Part shown: in pieces, positions 9,241 to 19,824 of the stretch | Numbering within the stretch: the first letter of the stretch is position 1 | Layout of the letters: each line of letters begins with the position of its first letter | From: a bacterium | GTDB taxonomy: Bacteria > UBP6 > UBA1177 | Assembly: GCA_017405875.1 (NCBI GenBank) | Contig: JAFQZM010000033.1 | Location: forward strand, 45,549-109,548 | DNA: 64,000 nt | Reading direction: 5' to 3' | Translations under genes and position numbers: made by a program | The notes under the pieces: generated by a model | Database searches by the model: none | Seen by the model: only the letters and a program-made list of their open reading frames with translations | Told to the model about the DNA's origin: nothing

Positions 9241-10189
9241 TCTTCAGATTCTTCACCCAGATCCAGATAAAACCGAGAATAGTTGTCGGAACTATCTGGG
9301 AAGCGTGGAGTATAAGCGCGACTGCCATCCGCTGCTCGTAGGGAACATTGAACGATTCAAGCGCAAAAACTATCGCTCCCTGGAAAACGCCGAGTCCTGC
9401 CGGTGTGGGAGCCGCAAGCATTCCCAGATTTGCGGCGCAGAGCATGACCAAACATCCGACAAACGGGATTTTTACTCCGAAAGCAGCCGAAACAAGCAGA
9501 TAAACTGCAAGTTCGAACGCCCAGACACAAAGGCTCAGTGAAAAAGTCGCAACGATTTTTTTCCATGAATCAAGCGAAGCCGCACCTTTTAAGAATTTTT
9601 CAGAAAAATCGAAGAAAACGCCTAAAAATTTCGGTGATCTTCCTCTTAAAAACCGAACAAATTCAAGCGGTTTCGATGAAAATGCCGAGACAAGCGCGAA
9701 AACAAACAAAAGCGCGAAAAAGAGCGACGCCCCCCATGCCAGAGTCTTCATATTTTCCTGAAAAGGATAGAAAAAAATTGTGACAGAAAGAATCAAGGCG
9801 ATCGTAAGTCCGTCAAAAATGCGCTCGACAAAAACCGAGGCAAATGTTGCAGGAATGCTGATTTTGAACATCTTTCCCGCAATCGCGGCGCGGACGATTT
9901 CACCTATTCTGACAGGCAGAACGTTGTTTACCGCGTAACCTGCAACGATCACCGGAGCAAGTTCGCGGATTTTGAAAGTACCGATATGCTTGAGAAGAAC
10001 TTTCCAGCGCAGGGCACGGACCGCAAACGCAGACAGATAAACCAGAACGCCGCATAAAATCAGGAGTTTGTCGCCTTCTGACAGATATTTTTTGAAAAGC
10101 TCGAAATCGAGTTTTCTGAAAAGAAGGAAAAAAAGAACTGCAACAATTATGAAACTTACTGCGATTTTGAGATTTTTTTTGAGAGCCAT
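9212..10189 (-). CDS. Lysylphosphatidylglycerol synthase TM-domain / UPF0104 flippase-like membrane protein
   Basis: RALRWKVLL, NNVLPVRIGEIVR, ERIFD and PTPAGLGVF motifs; multiple TM helices. Confidence 0.88.
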   Translation of the reverse strand: MALKKNLKIAVSFIIVAVLFFLLFRKLDFELFKKYLSEGDKLLILCGVLVYLSAFAVRALRWKVLLKHIGTFKIRELAPVIVAGYAVNNVLPVRIGEIVRAAIAGKMFKISIPATFASVFVERIFDGLTIALILSVTIFFYPFQENMKTLAWGASLFFALLFVFALVSAFSSKPLEFVRFLRGRSPKFLGVFFDFSEKFLKGAASLDSWKKIVATFSLSLCVWAFELAVYLLVSAAFGVKIPFVGCLVMLCAANLGMLAAPTPAGLGVFQGAIVFALESFNVPYEQRMAVALILHASQIVPTTILGFIWIWVKNLKMPPNITEIP

Positions 10190-10195
10190 AACAGA

Positions 10196-12166
10196 CTATT
10201 TTACGGCAAGAAGTGCAGCCGTCTGTGCCGGAAGTTCGATTTCAAGCGTTCCGTCGCCTGAAACGGTGTAGCTTTTGCCTTCGGAACCGGGGAAAACATT
10301 GACCAGACTGGTTCCGCCGTTGAAATTCGTTTTCATGACAGCGCCTTCAAACGAGGTTTTCGACGGATGATTTTTATTCGTGTTGATGACGACGAGCATT
10401 CTTTCGTTCTTGTAAACCCTTTCAAAAGCGAGGATTCCGGCATCGCTTTCGTCACCGACATGATCAGTCGACCAGACGATGTTGAGATCGCCGCGGCGAA
10501 GAGGTGCATATTTTGCACGCAGAGCCGCCATCTTCGAAATGTGGGTGAAAGTCTCGTTTTCGGTGTCATATCCGCTTGTCCAGAGCGCTTCACGGTTTGC
10601 AGGATCGTTTCCGCCGCTGAAATTCTGCTCTGTTCCGTAGTAAATGCAGGGAATACCGTCCATCGTGAACATGAGCGACAAAGCGTTTTTGAGTGCATTT
10701 TTATCGGGCTGCTCATAAAGGAATCTCGGGAGATCGTGGTTATCCATGAAGTTGACCATGATTTTCTGAGGAGTGAGTACGTTTCCGTCAGCGTCTTTTA
10801 CGCCCGAAACCGTGCCGTAACGCGGAGATGCGCCTTCATCGAGAGCACTTCCGTCGCGTTTTTTGTTCCATCTTTCATTGAAAAGACCTTCAAAGTTTCT
10901 GGTTGCGTTCCCCCATTTGAAAATCGAGTCAAACACCTGAAATTTCTGAGAAAAATAGAAAACAGAATCCATTTCGTCGTGTTGAGTGAAACTTCCCAGA
11001 AGAACATCGTCGCCGTCAAAAGCCTCGCCGAAAATGAAGAAATTTTCCTTGCCTATACTTTTTGCGTAAGAGCGCATCGCCGGAGTGAAAACCTGCCAGA
11101 ATTCGTGCTCGACGTGTTTGATCGTATCGACTCTGAAACCGTCGATGTCAAGCGCACCGATCCAGTACTGGAAAACCGAAATGAGTGCGTTTCTGACATC
11201 AGTTCTCGTCGTGTCGAGATCTTTGAGTCCGCCGGGGAAGTCGCCTTTTACGACCTGATAGCGGCTGTCCCATGTAACGGTTCTGCCCATTCTGTTGTAC
11301 CAGTCGTCGTTGTGGAACTCTGCCGGCTCGGGCGGAACACGGTTGATCTCAGGCATATAGACCCATTTTATCGGAGCGATACCAGACTCTCCCGCATCGG
11401 AAAACGAGCGGATCTTGCGCGGATCGAAATCGGGGTCCCATTCGCTGTAGCGGACGATCCCCATTTTCTGCGGATATTCTTCGTTCTGGCATCTCCAGAC
11501 GCAGTTCGAATAGCAGTCGTTACCTTCGGGAAGCCACGAAATTGATTCTTTCGAGTACTCCTGAGAGCAGATCTGCTCCCTGACAGCTTCGTCTTCAACA
11601 CCCGTGATGTGACCGCAGTAAGCGTCGCATGTCATGTCGCTGCCCATGACCATTTCGTCAGGCTGGTCGTTTTTGTTCATGTCGTAGTAGAAAAGCTGAC
11701 CGACGTGGTTTGCAACGATATCGAGAATGACTTTTATGTTGTTTTCGTGGAGAATCTGAATCATTTCACGCAGTTTTGCCAAGTCGCCGAAGTGCGGGTT
11801 TACAGCTTTGAAATTCTGCGTCCAGTAGCCGTGATAACCTGCGATACCTGCATCGGAATCGACGTTTTTGACGACCGGACTGATCCAGAGCGCAGTCACA
11901 CCGAGCTTTTTGAGGTAGTCGATGTTGTCGATTATTCCCTGAAAATCGCCGCCGTTCCAGGATGTGAGCGACTTTTTGTTTACGTTGTAGTTGTTGTTCA
12001 CGTCGCCGTCGGCAAAACGGTCGGTGATAAGCTGATAGATTACTTCATCGCGCCAGTCGGCAACATGGTTCGTAATTTCGACAGGTCCTTCGACTGATGC
12101 CGTGTCAACGCACGAAACAAGAAGCACCGCAAAAAGAATAACGAAAACAACTTTGATTTTATTCAT
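10196..12166 (-). CDS. GH13 alpha-amylase family lipoprotein
   Basis: Lipobox LVSC; DRFADGD, GGDFQG, YHGYW, DIVANH; catalytic GFRVDTIKH, GEAFD, FMDNHD. Confidence 0.93.
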   Translation of the reverse strand: MNKIKVVFVILFAVLLVSCVDTASVEGPVEITNHVADWRDEVIYQLITDRFADGDVNNNYNVNKKSLTSWNGGDFQGIIDNIDYLKKLGVTALWISPVVKNVDSDAGIAGYHGYWTQNFKAVNPHFGDLAKLREMIQILHENNIKVILDIVANHVGQLFYYDMNKNDQPDEMVMGSDMTCDAYCGHITGVEDEAVREQICSQEYSKESISWLPEGNDCYSNCVWRCQNEEYPQKMGIVRYSEWDPDFDPRKIRSFSDAGESGIAPIKWVYMPEINRVPPEPAEFHNDDWYNRMGRTVTWDSRYQVVKGDFPGGLKDLDTTRTDVRNALISVFQYWIGALDIDGFRVDTIKHVEHEFWQVFTPAMRSYAKSIGKENFFIFGEAFDGDDVLLGSFTQHDEMDSVFYFSQKFQVFDSIFKWGNATRNFEGLFNERWNKKRDGSALDEGASPRYGTVSGVKDADGNVLTPQKIMVNFMDNHDLPRFLYEQPDKNALKNALSLMFTMDGIPCIYYGTEQNFSGGNDPANREALWTSGYDTENETFTHISKMAALRAKYAPLRRGDLNIVWSTDHVGDESDAGILAFERVYKNERMLVVINTNKNHPSKTSFEGAVMKTNFNGGTSLVNVFPGSEGKSYTVSGDGTLEIELPAQTAALLAVK

Positions 12167-12221
12167 GAATTTCTCCAAAACTAAAGAACTGCATTACAGC
12201 CAAATCCAAAAATTGACGAAA

Positions 12222-13955
12222 CTATCTGTTCGAACCCGAGTAGACAAAATCCTTGATGTAAAGCTGCATCATGATGTTGTCGCCGTAAACATTTATCCGC
12301 GGGAAATAGATGATGTCGATCGTGTCGCCTACGACCGGTGCGTTTCCGTGGTTCAAAAGACCGAAACCTATCGCGTTGAACGTCATGTTCGTGTTTTTCG
12401 CGCCGAGTTTCCAGTGAAGATGGCTTCTGTTGATGATGCTCTGCTTCAGGATTTTGACGTTTCTTGCAAGGAAATTGGGCTCGGGGTTGTTTATTCCGAA
12501 AGGTTCGAGTTTCGAAAGAGCGACAACGAGATCCGGAACAAGCTCTTTAAGCTGAAGTTCCGAATCGATCTCTGTCATCTGTCCGCCGACTTCCTCTTCA
12601 AGTTCTTCAGCGACGATTTCATCGAATTTATCAATAAATTCAGCTATTTTTGATTCCTGAATCGTAAGACCCGCCGCATATTTGTGCCCGCCGTACTGAA
12701 CAAGATAGTTGCTGAGCCTCTCCAGAACTTTGTAAATATGGAGCTGCGGAATGCTTCTGACGCTGCCGCGGCCGATTCCGTCTTCGACAGAAATCATGAT
12801 CGTCGGCTTGTAGAATTTTTCCACGAGCCTTGATGCAACGATTCCGATAACGCCGGGATGCCACTTTTCGGAATAAAGAACTATCGAATTGCGCTTCTGT
12901 ATGATGTCGCTGTTTTCGACTTTCGCCAGAGCCTGATCAAAAATTTCAGCTTCGAGCTGCTGACGGTATTCGTTAGTCAGATTAAGCTCTTCCGCCATCT
13001 TCAATGCTGCATTGTAATCGGTGCTTTCGATAAGTTCCAAGCCTTTTATCGCGTTTCCGATACGCCCTGCCGCATTGAGGCGCGGAGCCATTTTGTAGCT
13101 TATTACCGAAGGAGTTATCTCTTTTAGCGATTTGAGTCCGCAGATGTTCGCCAGTGCGAGAAGTCCCGGACGCTGGTTTTTCTGCATCTGCGTAAGACCG
13201 TATTTTACGAAAATCCTGTTAGATTCAAGGAGCGGGACCATATCGGCAACCGTTCCCAAAGCGACAATATCCAGATATTCGACCAGATTCGGAAGCGTTC
13301 CTTCAAAAAATCCGTCTTTCTCAACTATTTTTTTGAAAACCATGAGGAACGAAAACGCAACGCCGACAGCCGCCATTTCTTTAAACGGATACTGGCAGTC
13401 AGGCTGGTGCGGATTGACGATCGCGATAGCCGGAGGAACTGTCTCTCCGACGTGGTGATGGTCGATGATTATCGTCGCCAAGCCTAAATCAGCAGCGTAT
13501 TTTACTTCATCAACGCTCGTGATGCCGCAGTCTACCGTTATGACAAGCTCGCCGCCGTTGGTTGCAATCTCTTCCAGAGTGTATGTGTTGAGTCCGTAGC
13601 CGTCTTCAAGTCTGTGCGGAATGTAGTGATCAACGCTTGCGCCTAAGTGCGAAAGAAACTGATACATGATCAGAGTAGAGGTAATTCCGTCGACATCGTA
13701 ATCACCGTAAATCACGATTTTTTTCTTGTTTTTGATGTAGTCGATGATTATTCCTGCCGCCTTTTCCGCATCTTTCAGAAGGAACGGATCTGGCAGCGAC
13801 TTGATTTTAGCCTGAAGGAACATGCTCGCAGTTTCGACCTCGTCGATCCCGCGGTTCACGAGGACAGTCGCAACAGTCTTGGAAATGCCGAGCGTCTTAC
13901 TTAAGGTATCGATTTTGCCCGGATCAGGATTCAGTATTTGCCATTTCGGCTTCAT
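12222..13955 (-). CDS. recJ: ssDNA-specific exonuclease RecJ
   Basis: GDYDVDG, TVDCG, IIDHH, GTVAD, PRLNAAGR, GGHKYAAG motifs. Confidence 0.97.
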   Translation of the reverse strand: MKPKWQILNPDPGKIDTLSKTLGISKTVATVLVNRGIDEVETASMFLQAKIKSLPDPFLLKDAEKAAGIIIDYIKNKKKIVIYGDYDVDGITSTLIMYQFLSHLGASVDHYIPHRLEDGYGLNTYTLEEIATNGGELVITVDCGITSVDEVKYAADLGLATIIIDHHHVGETVPPAIAIVNPHQPDCQYPFKEMAAVGVAFSFLMVFKKIVEKDGFFEGTLPNLVEYLDIVALGTVADMVPLLESNRIFVKYGLTQMQKNQRPGLLALANICGLKSLKEITPSVISYKMAPRLNAAGRIGNAIKGLELIESTDYNAALKMAEELNLTNEYRQQLEAEIFDQALAKVENSDIIQKRNSIVLYSEKWHPGVIGIVASRLVEKFYKPTIMISVEDGIGRGSVRSIPQLHIYKVLERLSNYLVQYGGHKYAAGLTIQESKIAEFIDKFDEIVAEELEEEVGGQMTEIDSELQLKELVPDLVVALSKLEPFGINNPEPNFLARNVKILKQSIINRSHLHWKLGAKNTNMTFNAIGFGLLNHGNAPVVGDTIDIIYFPRINVYGDNIMMQLYIKDFVYSGSNR

Positions 13956-15092
13956 CTATGCTGCGTTTCCTTTTCTTTTGTTCATATATTTTTCAATGTA
14001 AAGCGTGATGGGAGATGCGATGAAGAGCGATGAATAGGTACCTACTACGACACCGATGCACATAACGCCTGCAAAACCCGAAATGATCGCGCCGCCGAAA
14101 ATGAGAAGAGCCAGAACCGAGAAGAGAGTCGTGATCGAAGTGAGGAACGTTCTCTGAAGGGTTTCGTTAAGGCTCGTATTCATCTTTTCAGCAAGAGTCG
14201 CACCCTTGGAAGGATCTTTCATGTTTTCTCTGATTCTGTCGAAAATGACGATCGTATCGTTGATCGAGTAACCGACGATCGTAAGAAGCGCCGCAACTAC
14301 CGTCAAATCAAACGAGAATCCGAAAAGCGACCAGATTCCGAGAGCGATCATAACGTCGTGGAAAAGAGCGAGGACTGCGCCGGGAGCGAACATAAAGTTG
14401 AATCTGAAAGCGATGTAGACAAGGATCGCGATGAGAGCGTAGAAGACCGCCATGATCGCGGAAAGTTTCAACTGCTGACCGACTTTCGGGCCGACGAGTT
14501 CGACTCTGACAAGGTCTGCCTTAGCTTCCGGATTGATGTTGTCGATCGCATTTACGATTTCGTTCGTCATACCTTTAAGCATAAGCTTGTAGATGTGTCT
14601 GTCGCCGACTTTGTTGTATCTGATCGCATCCTTCTCGATAACCGGAAGTTTCGTCTCGGCAATAAGAGCATTGAGGTCAGCTTCGGGAATTTCCTTGTCA
14701 AACCAGATCTCGACTCTGTCGCCGACCTGAGAATCGAAGTGGGTCTTGAGCATTTTCGCATCGCTGAATTTAGCTTTCGCAGCGTCAAGGAACGCGTTGA
14801 TCGTTGCATCATCTACCATCGAAATGTTTTTGAAGCGGACGAGATATTCGTTCTGCTTTCCTTCGAACTGCTGAATGTCGTTTGCTCCGAACTTGGTCAT
14901 AACCTCTCTTGCCTGTTCCTGAGTAACGCCGTCAGCCTTGATCTGGATCTCGGTTCCGCCCGCAAAGTCGATGCCGTAGTTGAAACTCTTGAAAATGACA
15001 AGAAATATCGAGATAACGACTAAAACGCACGAAATCGGGAAAAGTATTCTTGACTTGCCGATAAAGTCTATTTTAAATTCATTTAATTTCAT
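13956..15092 (-). CDS. secF: Protein translocase subunit SecF
   Basis: GIDFAGG, VGPKVG, GYSINDTIVIFDRIRE; follows secD. Confidence 0.97.
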   Translation of the reverse strand: MKLNEFKIDFIGKSRILFPISCVLVVISIFLVIFKSFNYGIDFAGGTEIQIKADGVTQEQAREVMTKFGANDIQQFEGKQNEYLVRFKNISMVDDATINAFLDAAKAKFSDAKMLKTHFDSQVGDRVEIWFDKEIPEADLNALIAETKLPVIEKDAIRYNKVGDRHIYKLMLKGMTNEIVNAIDNINPEAKADLVRVELVGPKVGQQLKLSAIMAVFYALIAILVYIAFRFNFMFAPGAVLALFHDVMIALGIWSLFGFSFDLTVVAALLTIVGYSINDTIVIFDRIRENMKDPSKGATLAEKMNTSLNETLQRTFLTSITTLFSVLALLIFGGAIISGFAGVMCIGVVVGTYSSLFIASPITLYIEKYMNKRKGNAA

Positions 15093-15104
15093 CTTCCACT
15101 CCAC

Positions 15105-16832
15105 TTATTTAACGTGTGAAAACATCTTGATGTGCGCTTTCAGGAAGTAGTTGAAAAAAACTCTTGCTACGAAAATCGCAGTGAACATACTTGAGCAGAT
15201 ACCGATCAGAAGGGTTATTGCAAAACCTTTGATTGCACCGGTACCGAATTCCCAAAGCACGAAAGATGTTATCGCCGTGGTCAGGTTGGCATCGAAAATC
15301 GCCGACCATGCCTTGTTGAAACCGCTTTCTATCGAGGCTTCAAGAGGCTTACCTGCACGAAGTTCCTCTTTTATTCTTTCAAAAATAATAACGTTCGCGT
15401 CAACCGCCATACCGACTGTAAGAAGGATACCTGCGATGCCGGGGAAAGTGAGCGTTGCGCCGAATGCAGCCATTGCAGCCATGATGAAAAGAAGGTTGAG
15501 GAAAAGTGCGAGGTCTGCGATGAGTCCTGCAAAACCGTAGTAAAGGAACATGAAGACAACGACAAGTGCAAAGCCGATCGAAACAGCCATTTTACCTTTG
15601 TCGATGGAGTCCTGACCGAGGCTCGGACCGACCGTTCTGTTTTCTTCAAACGTTACGGGAGCGGGAAGAGAACCTGCTCTCAGAACAAGTGCAAGGTCTT
15701 TAGCTTCCTGGAAAATCGAGTTGTAGTCGCCGTTTCCGCCGAGCGTGATCATTGCGCTGCCGCCTTCGATCCTCGACTGGATCACAGGCGCGCTGTTGAC
15801 TTTTTCATCAAGGATGATCGCCATTTTGCGTTTGATATTTTTGCCCGTTACATCGGCAAAAATCTCAGCACCGACTTTATCGAAATTCATGCTGACATAC
15901 GGTCTGTTCTTCTGCTGGTCGATGGAAACTCTTGCGTCAGTGAGCATGTCGCCCGTGATGTAAGCCTGACGGTAAAGCAGCCATGACATATATTCCTTCG
16001 TTCCGTCGCCGAGAACGTTTTCTTCAAGAAGGAATTCGGTTCCTTCCGGAGCTTTGTCTTTCAAGAACTCGCGGAGTTTGTTGCGGTCTTTCGATGTTGC
16101 GTATTTGTAAGTAAGTACGGCGCCTTCCGCATTCGAGCCTCTGCCGGTTACAAGCGTGATTCCTTCGGGAACTTCGCCCTGATATTCGCCGAGCGGGTCT
16201 TTGTCTTCAGCAACGATTTTGAACTCAAGCTGAGCAGTCTGACCGATGATGCTTCTTGCTCTCTCGACATCCTTGTAGCCCGGAAGCTGAACAAGTATCG
16301 AGTTTTCGCCCTGTTTCGTAACGATCGGCTCTTTGAGACCGAGTTCGTCGATTCTCGAACGGAGCGTTTCAAGTGTCTGGTCAACGGCGTTGACCTTGAG
16401 CTGCTGAACGTATTCGTCTCTCATCGTGAGAGTGTAGGAATTTCCTGAACTTCCGGTCTTTTTGAGGTCGCCGAAATAGTCGATGACCTTGTCTCTGAAA
16501 AGGTCTTTGTTCGCGCCTTCAGCGAGTTTTACTTCGATAGCGTAGCTTTCGGGGAGAACTTTAACCGTTTCGTAAGGGATTTTTTCTTCGTCGAGTCTGA
16601 TTCTGATCTCGTCCGTTCTGCGGTCGAGCCTGTCGGTAGCAGCCTTTTCGGTGTCTACGCTGAGAACAAAGTGGATACCGCCTTTAAGATCGAGACCGAG
16701 ACTGAGCCCGCTGTTTATCTTTTCAGCCCACGGATTTGCTTCCGTGTCGATAAAAGTCGGGATAAGCGAGACGCATGCCGCGGCAATAATCACAAGAACA
16801 AAAATTGCTCTTGCCAACCAGTTTCTTTCCAT
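15105..16832 (-). CDS. secD: Protein translocase subunit SecD
   Basis: LGLDLKGG, VGPSLG, GMAVDANVIIFERIKEE. Confidence 0.97.
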   Translation of the reverse strand: MERNWLARAIFVLVIIAAACVSLIPTFIDTEANPWAEKINSGLSLGLDLKGGIHFVLSVDTEKAATDRLDRRTDEIRIRLDEEKIPYETVKVLPESYAIEVKLAEGANKDLFRDKVIDYFGDLKKTGSSGNSYTLTMRDEYVQQLKVNAVDQTLETLRSRIDELGLKEPIVTKQGENSILVQLPGYKDVERARSIIGQTAQLEFKIVAEDKDPLGEYQGEVPEGITLVTGRGSNAEGAVLTYKYATSKDRNKLREFLKDKAPEGTEFLLEENVLGDGTKEYMSWLLYRQAYITGDMLTDARVSIDQQKNRPYVSMNFDKVGAEIFADVTGKNIKRKMAIILDEKVNSAPVIQSRIEGGSAMITLGGNGDYNSIFQEAKDLALVLRAGSLPAPVTFEENRTVGPSLGQDSIDKGKMAVSIGFALVVVFMFLYYGFAGLIADLALFLNLLFIMAAMAAFGATLTFPGIAGILLTVGMAVDANVIIFERIKEELRAGKPLEASIESGFNKAWSAIFDANLTTAITSFVLWEFGTGAIKGFAITLLIGICSSMFTAIFVARVFFNYFLKAHIKMFSHVK

Positions 16833-16859
16833 AACAATCAATCTCCATTTATATTGTTT

Positions 16860-17222
16860 TTACTCTTCCGTTCCCTTTGCAACAACGCTTGCTACAGCGG
16901 TTTTCTGAACAGTTACGACTACTTTCGGGTTCTGACAGATCTCAACTTTGAGTTCCGCATCCTTGACCTCTGCGATCCTTCCCTGGAAGCCGTTGCTCAT
17001 CATGATAGTATCACCTTTTTTAAGCTGATTAAGCATTTCGTTGTGTTTTTTCATCTGTTTTCTCTGCGGGAGAATAACAAGAAAGTAAAAAATTCCGAAA
17101 ATAAGGATGAAAGGAAGGAGCATATTCAAAATTCCCATAGCTCCGCCCTGCTGTGCAGCTTCCTGCGTTATCAACAAATTACCTAATAAATTCAATGTGT
17201 TAACTGTCACACCAATCTCCAT
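16860..17222 (-). CDS. yajC: Preprotein translocase subunit YajC (start uncertain)
   Basis: FYFLVILPQRK..K....LKKGD motif; upstream of secD. Confidence 0.93.
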   Translation of the reverse strand: MEIGVTVNTLNLLGNLLITQEAAQQGGAMGILNMLLPFILIFGIFYFLVILPQRKQMKKHNEMLNQLKKGDTIMMSNGFQGRIAEVKDAELKVEICQNPKVVVTVQKTAVASVVAKGTEE

Positions 17223-17376
17223 TTTTAAAGGTCAACAAAAAAACAAGCGGCAGAGTGTAGCACAAAAATTTTTTTTAGCAAGAAATGCGCCGCCGTTTGT
17301 TAAAAGAGATTCTTCTTTTCTTGATTTTTAAATAAGTATTTGTATAAAAACCCCGCTTTGTTTGCAGGAGGTTTTT

Positions 17377-19812
17377 ATGAGCAGAAAACTCCAGACGTTG
17401 GAAGAACAGTACAATTCAAATCCCAATCTGCCGAATTTAATTGAATATCTCGAGGAGTGCAAACGCGAATCGGAGTGGGATACGATCATCAAAGTGACCG
17501 ACATAAGAAGCGGTTCCGAAACGCCGGAAGTTCATTTCTACCGCGGTATCGCACTCATAAATCTCGGCAAAAAACGCGAGGGAATAAAAGATCTGAAAAT
17601 GGTCATCGCCGCGAACCCGAATCACTTTGCGGCAAAACGCGAACTTGAAAAGTACGCCGACGACGAAGATGCCGAAACTTCCGACACGAAGGCGAACAAA
17701 ACTGTGCGCGACATCGTCATCGTCAAACCGACGCTCGAAACGAACGAGCATTACAACAAGCTCAAACTCAGGAACTTTTTCATCGCGGTCGCTGCCGTTG
17801 CGCTGATAATCACGGGACTTTACTTCGCTTTGCAGGAAAATCCGGCGAAAAAATACGAAGAAATGCTCGAAAATCCGCTTGCAAGCTTCACATCGCTCTC
17901 TTTTGCGGACTATTCGGCATCGGTGCGCGAACTCAAACTTGCCGACATCCGCGAAGGAATGGGCGACAACATAAAAAAAGCGATTCTCTGGACGTACGCT
18001 CTCGGAATTTTGGATTTTCACATCACTCCCGATTTCGAGGATAGCGACGTTCCGCAGTTCAGAATCTATTCGACTCTCGTGTCGGACAAAGGAAAAGAGC
18101 TCACTCAGCTTGTAGATTCGATTGAAAACCGCGTTCCGCCGGTCGATACCGAATATTTTCACAAACTCGATTTCGAATATCCTGCAACGAAGCAGAAAAT
18201 AGCGGTTTTAGAACTCGATATTCCCGAAAAAATCGAAAAATCGAACCTCCGCGAAAGTTTTTATACCGCGCTTATGCTTTTCAGACAGAACAAATTTCAG
18301 GAGGCGGCAGAACTCAACGGCAGAATTCTTGAAGCCTTTCCGCATTACGAACTTTCGCAGAAACTTAAAGTGATGATAAGCTCCAAAGCGGCTATTGCTG
18401 CGGAAAAAGAACTCGAAAGCGCGCCGCACGATCTCGCGATTTTAGACAACTGGAAGAATCTGAGTCAGGAAAGATACTTCTTCGGCGAAGCAAAGATCCT
18501 GCTCGGCAAGGCGATGAAAGACGAACAAGTGGTCGTTGACGGCTTCTATTCGGTCTGTCCCGGAAGGACTTTCTGCCGCGATATCGCACGTGATTTTATC
18601 AAAACGAATCCGAATGAAGCGTACCGCATGGCGCTTTACATGAAGGAAAAGAAAGATACTGCCCGCGACGGTGAAGATATCAAACTGGTTCTCGAAGCGA
18701 GCCTCGAAAACAACGACTACAGCAACTGCTACTTCGCATACCACGAGCTTCAGCAGTTCTTTCCAGAGAGCGTTAACAGCGACATTTTTGCCGCGGGAGC
18801 TTTATGCAGCGAGAAAAACGGCTATTTCGAAGAGGCTGTTGCCGCTTATGAAGAGATCAACGAAAAAGACAAAAATGACGATATCACCGCAAAGATCCTC
18901 AGCATGAAATACCGCCTCACGAATGAGGAACTTTACCTGAACCAGCTCAAGGGACTTGTCGAAAAAAATCCTGAAAACTTAGAGATGCTTTACGCGTTTT
19001 TCGATGTTCTCTCGCATAAAAACGATATTCCCGAAGTGATAAAACTGCTCGAAAAGATATACTCTCTCGAAAAAGCAGAAAATAAAATGAACGTGATAAA
19101 CGAGTTCCTTAAATTCGGTGCGGTTTATCAGGCTGTAACAACTCTGGAAAAGCTCGACACGAAGGAAGCGCGGGCAAAACTAAACGAAATCTACAACCGT
19201 TACATGCTTTTCGACAAAGCCGATTCGTACCTGGAACTCGGCAAAAACAACGATCCGCTCTGGATTGCACTGCGCGAGCAGATAAAAATGAAAGATGCGG
19301 GAGAACTTGAGATCGTTTCGAAAGAGACCGACAAACTAATGAGTTCGCTTCAGCACTGCGAACCGGCACTCCTCTATCTCAAAGCCGAGATTTACCGAAG
19401 TCAGGGCGACAAACAGCGCACTTTCGCAACAATCGACGCAATGCTCGAATGCAACAGATTCTACCTTCCGGCGCTCGCTTTTGCTTCGGAAATAACCTAC
19501 TATCAGGGCGATCTGACCAAGGCGAAAAACGGGCTCAACTACATTCTGGAAAATGAAAAATTCCTCTCACCGGGCACGCTGATTCTGCATAACTACCTGA
19601 TTTTACTCAATGCTGAAATCATGGTGAACGAAGGTCAGGAAAACAAAATCGTCGCATATCTGCAGAAAAATCTCGACAAAAAGCAGCCTTTCGGTCAGCG
19701 CGAAGTCGAGATAATCACCGACATAACGGAAAAACTCAAAGATTCCAAGCAGAAAGCATTAAAAAAGTTCCTTTTTAAAAATTATAAATTTTCAGTTCCC
19801 TTTGAAAAGTGA
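17377..19812 (+). CDS. TPR-repeat membrane-anchored protein
   Basis: N-terminal TPR (HFYRGIALINLG...ANPNHFAA), one TM (FFIAVAAVALIITGLYFAL), further helical repeats; GGAGG RBS. Confidence 0.75.
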   Translation: MSRKLQTLEEQYNSNPNLPNLIEYLEECKRESEWDTIIKVTDIRSGSETPEVHFYRGIALINLGKKREGIKDLKMVIAANPNHFAAKRELEKYADDEDAETSDTKANKTVRDIVIVKPTLETNEHYNKLKLRNFFIAVAAVALIITGLYFALQENPAKKYEEMLENPLASFTSLSFADYSASVRELKLADIREGMGDNIKKAILWTYALGILDFHITPDFEDSDVPQFRIYSTLVSDKGKELTQLVDSIENRVPPVDTEYFHKLDFEYPATKQKIAVLELDIPEKIEKSNLRESFYTALMLFRQNKFQEAAELNGRILEAFPHYELSQKLKVMISSKAAIAAEKELESAPHDLAILDNWKNLSQERYFFGEAKILLGKAMKDEQVVVDGFYSVCPGRTFCRDIARDFIKTNPNEAYRMALYMKEKKDTARDGEDIKLVLEASLENNDYSNCYFAYHELQQFFPESVNSDIFAAGALCSEKNGYFEEAVAAYEEINEKDKNDDITAKILSMKYRLTNEELYLNQLKGLVEKNPENLEMLYAFFDVLSHKNDIPEVIKLLEKIYSLEKAENKMNVINEFLKFGAVYQAVTTLEKLDTKEARAKLNEIYNRYMLFDKADSYLELGKNNDPLWIALREQIKMKDAGELEIVSKETDKLMSSLQHCEPALLYLKAEIYRSQGDKQRTFATIDAMLECNRFYLPALAFASEITYYQGDLTKAKNGLNYILENEKFLSPGTLILHNYLILLNAEIMVNEGQENKIVAYLQKNLDKKQPFGQREVEIITDITEKLKDSKQKALKKFLFKNYKFSVPFEK

Positions 19813-19824
19813 TTTGGAGGTACC

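Noticed and set aside
10367-12653. Long plus-strand ORFs (392, 162 and 183 aa)
   Set aside because: Antisense shadows of the GH13 and recJ genes, explained by codon bias.
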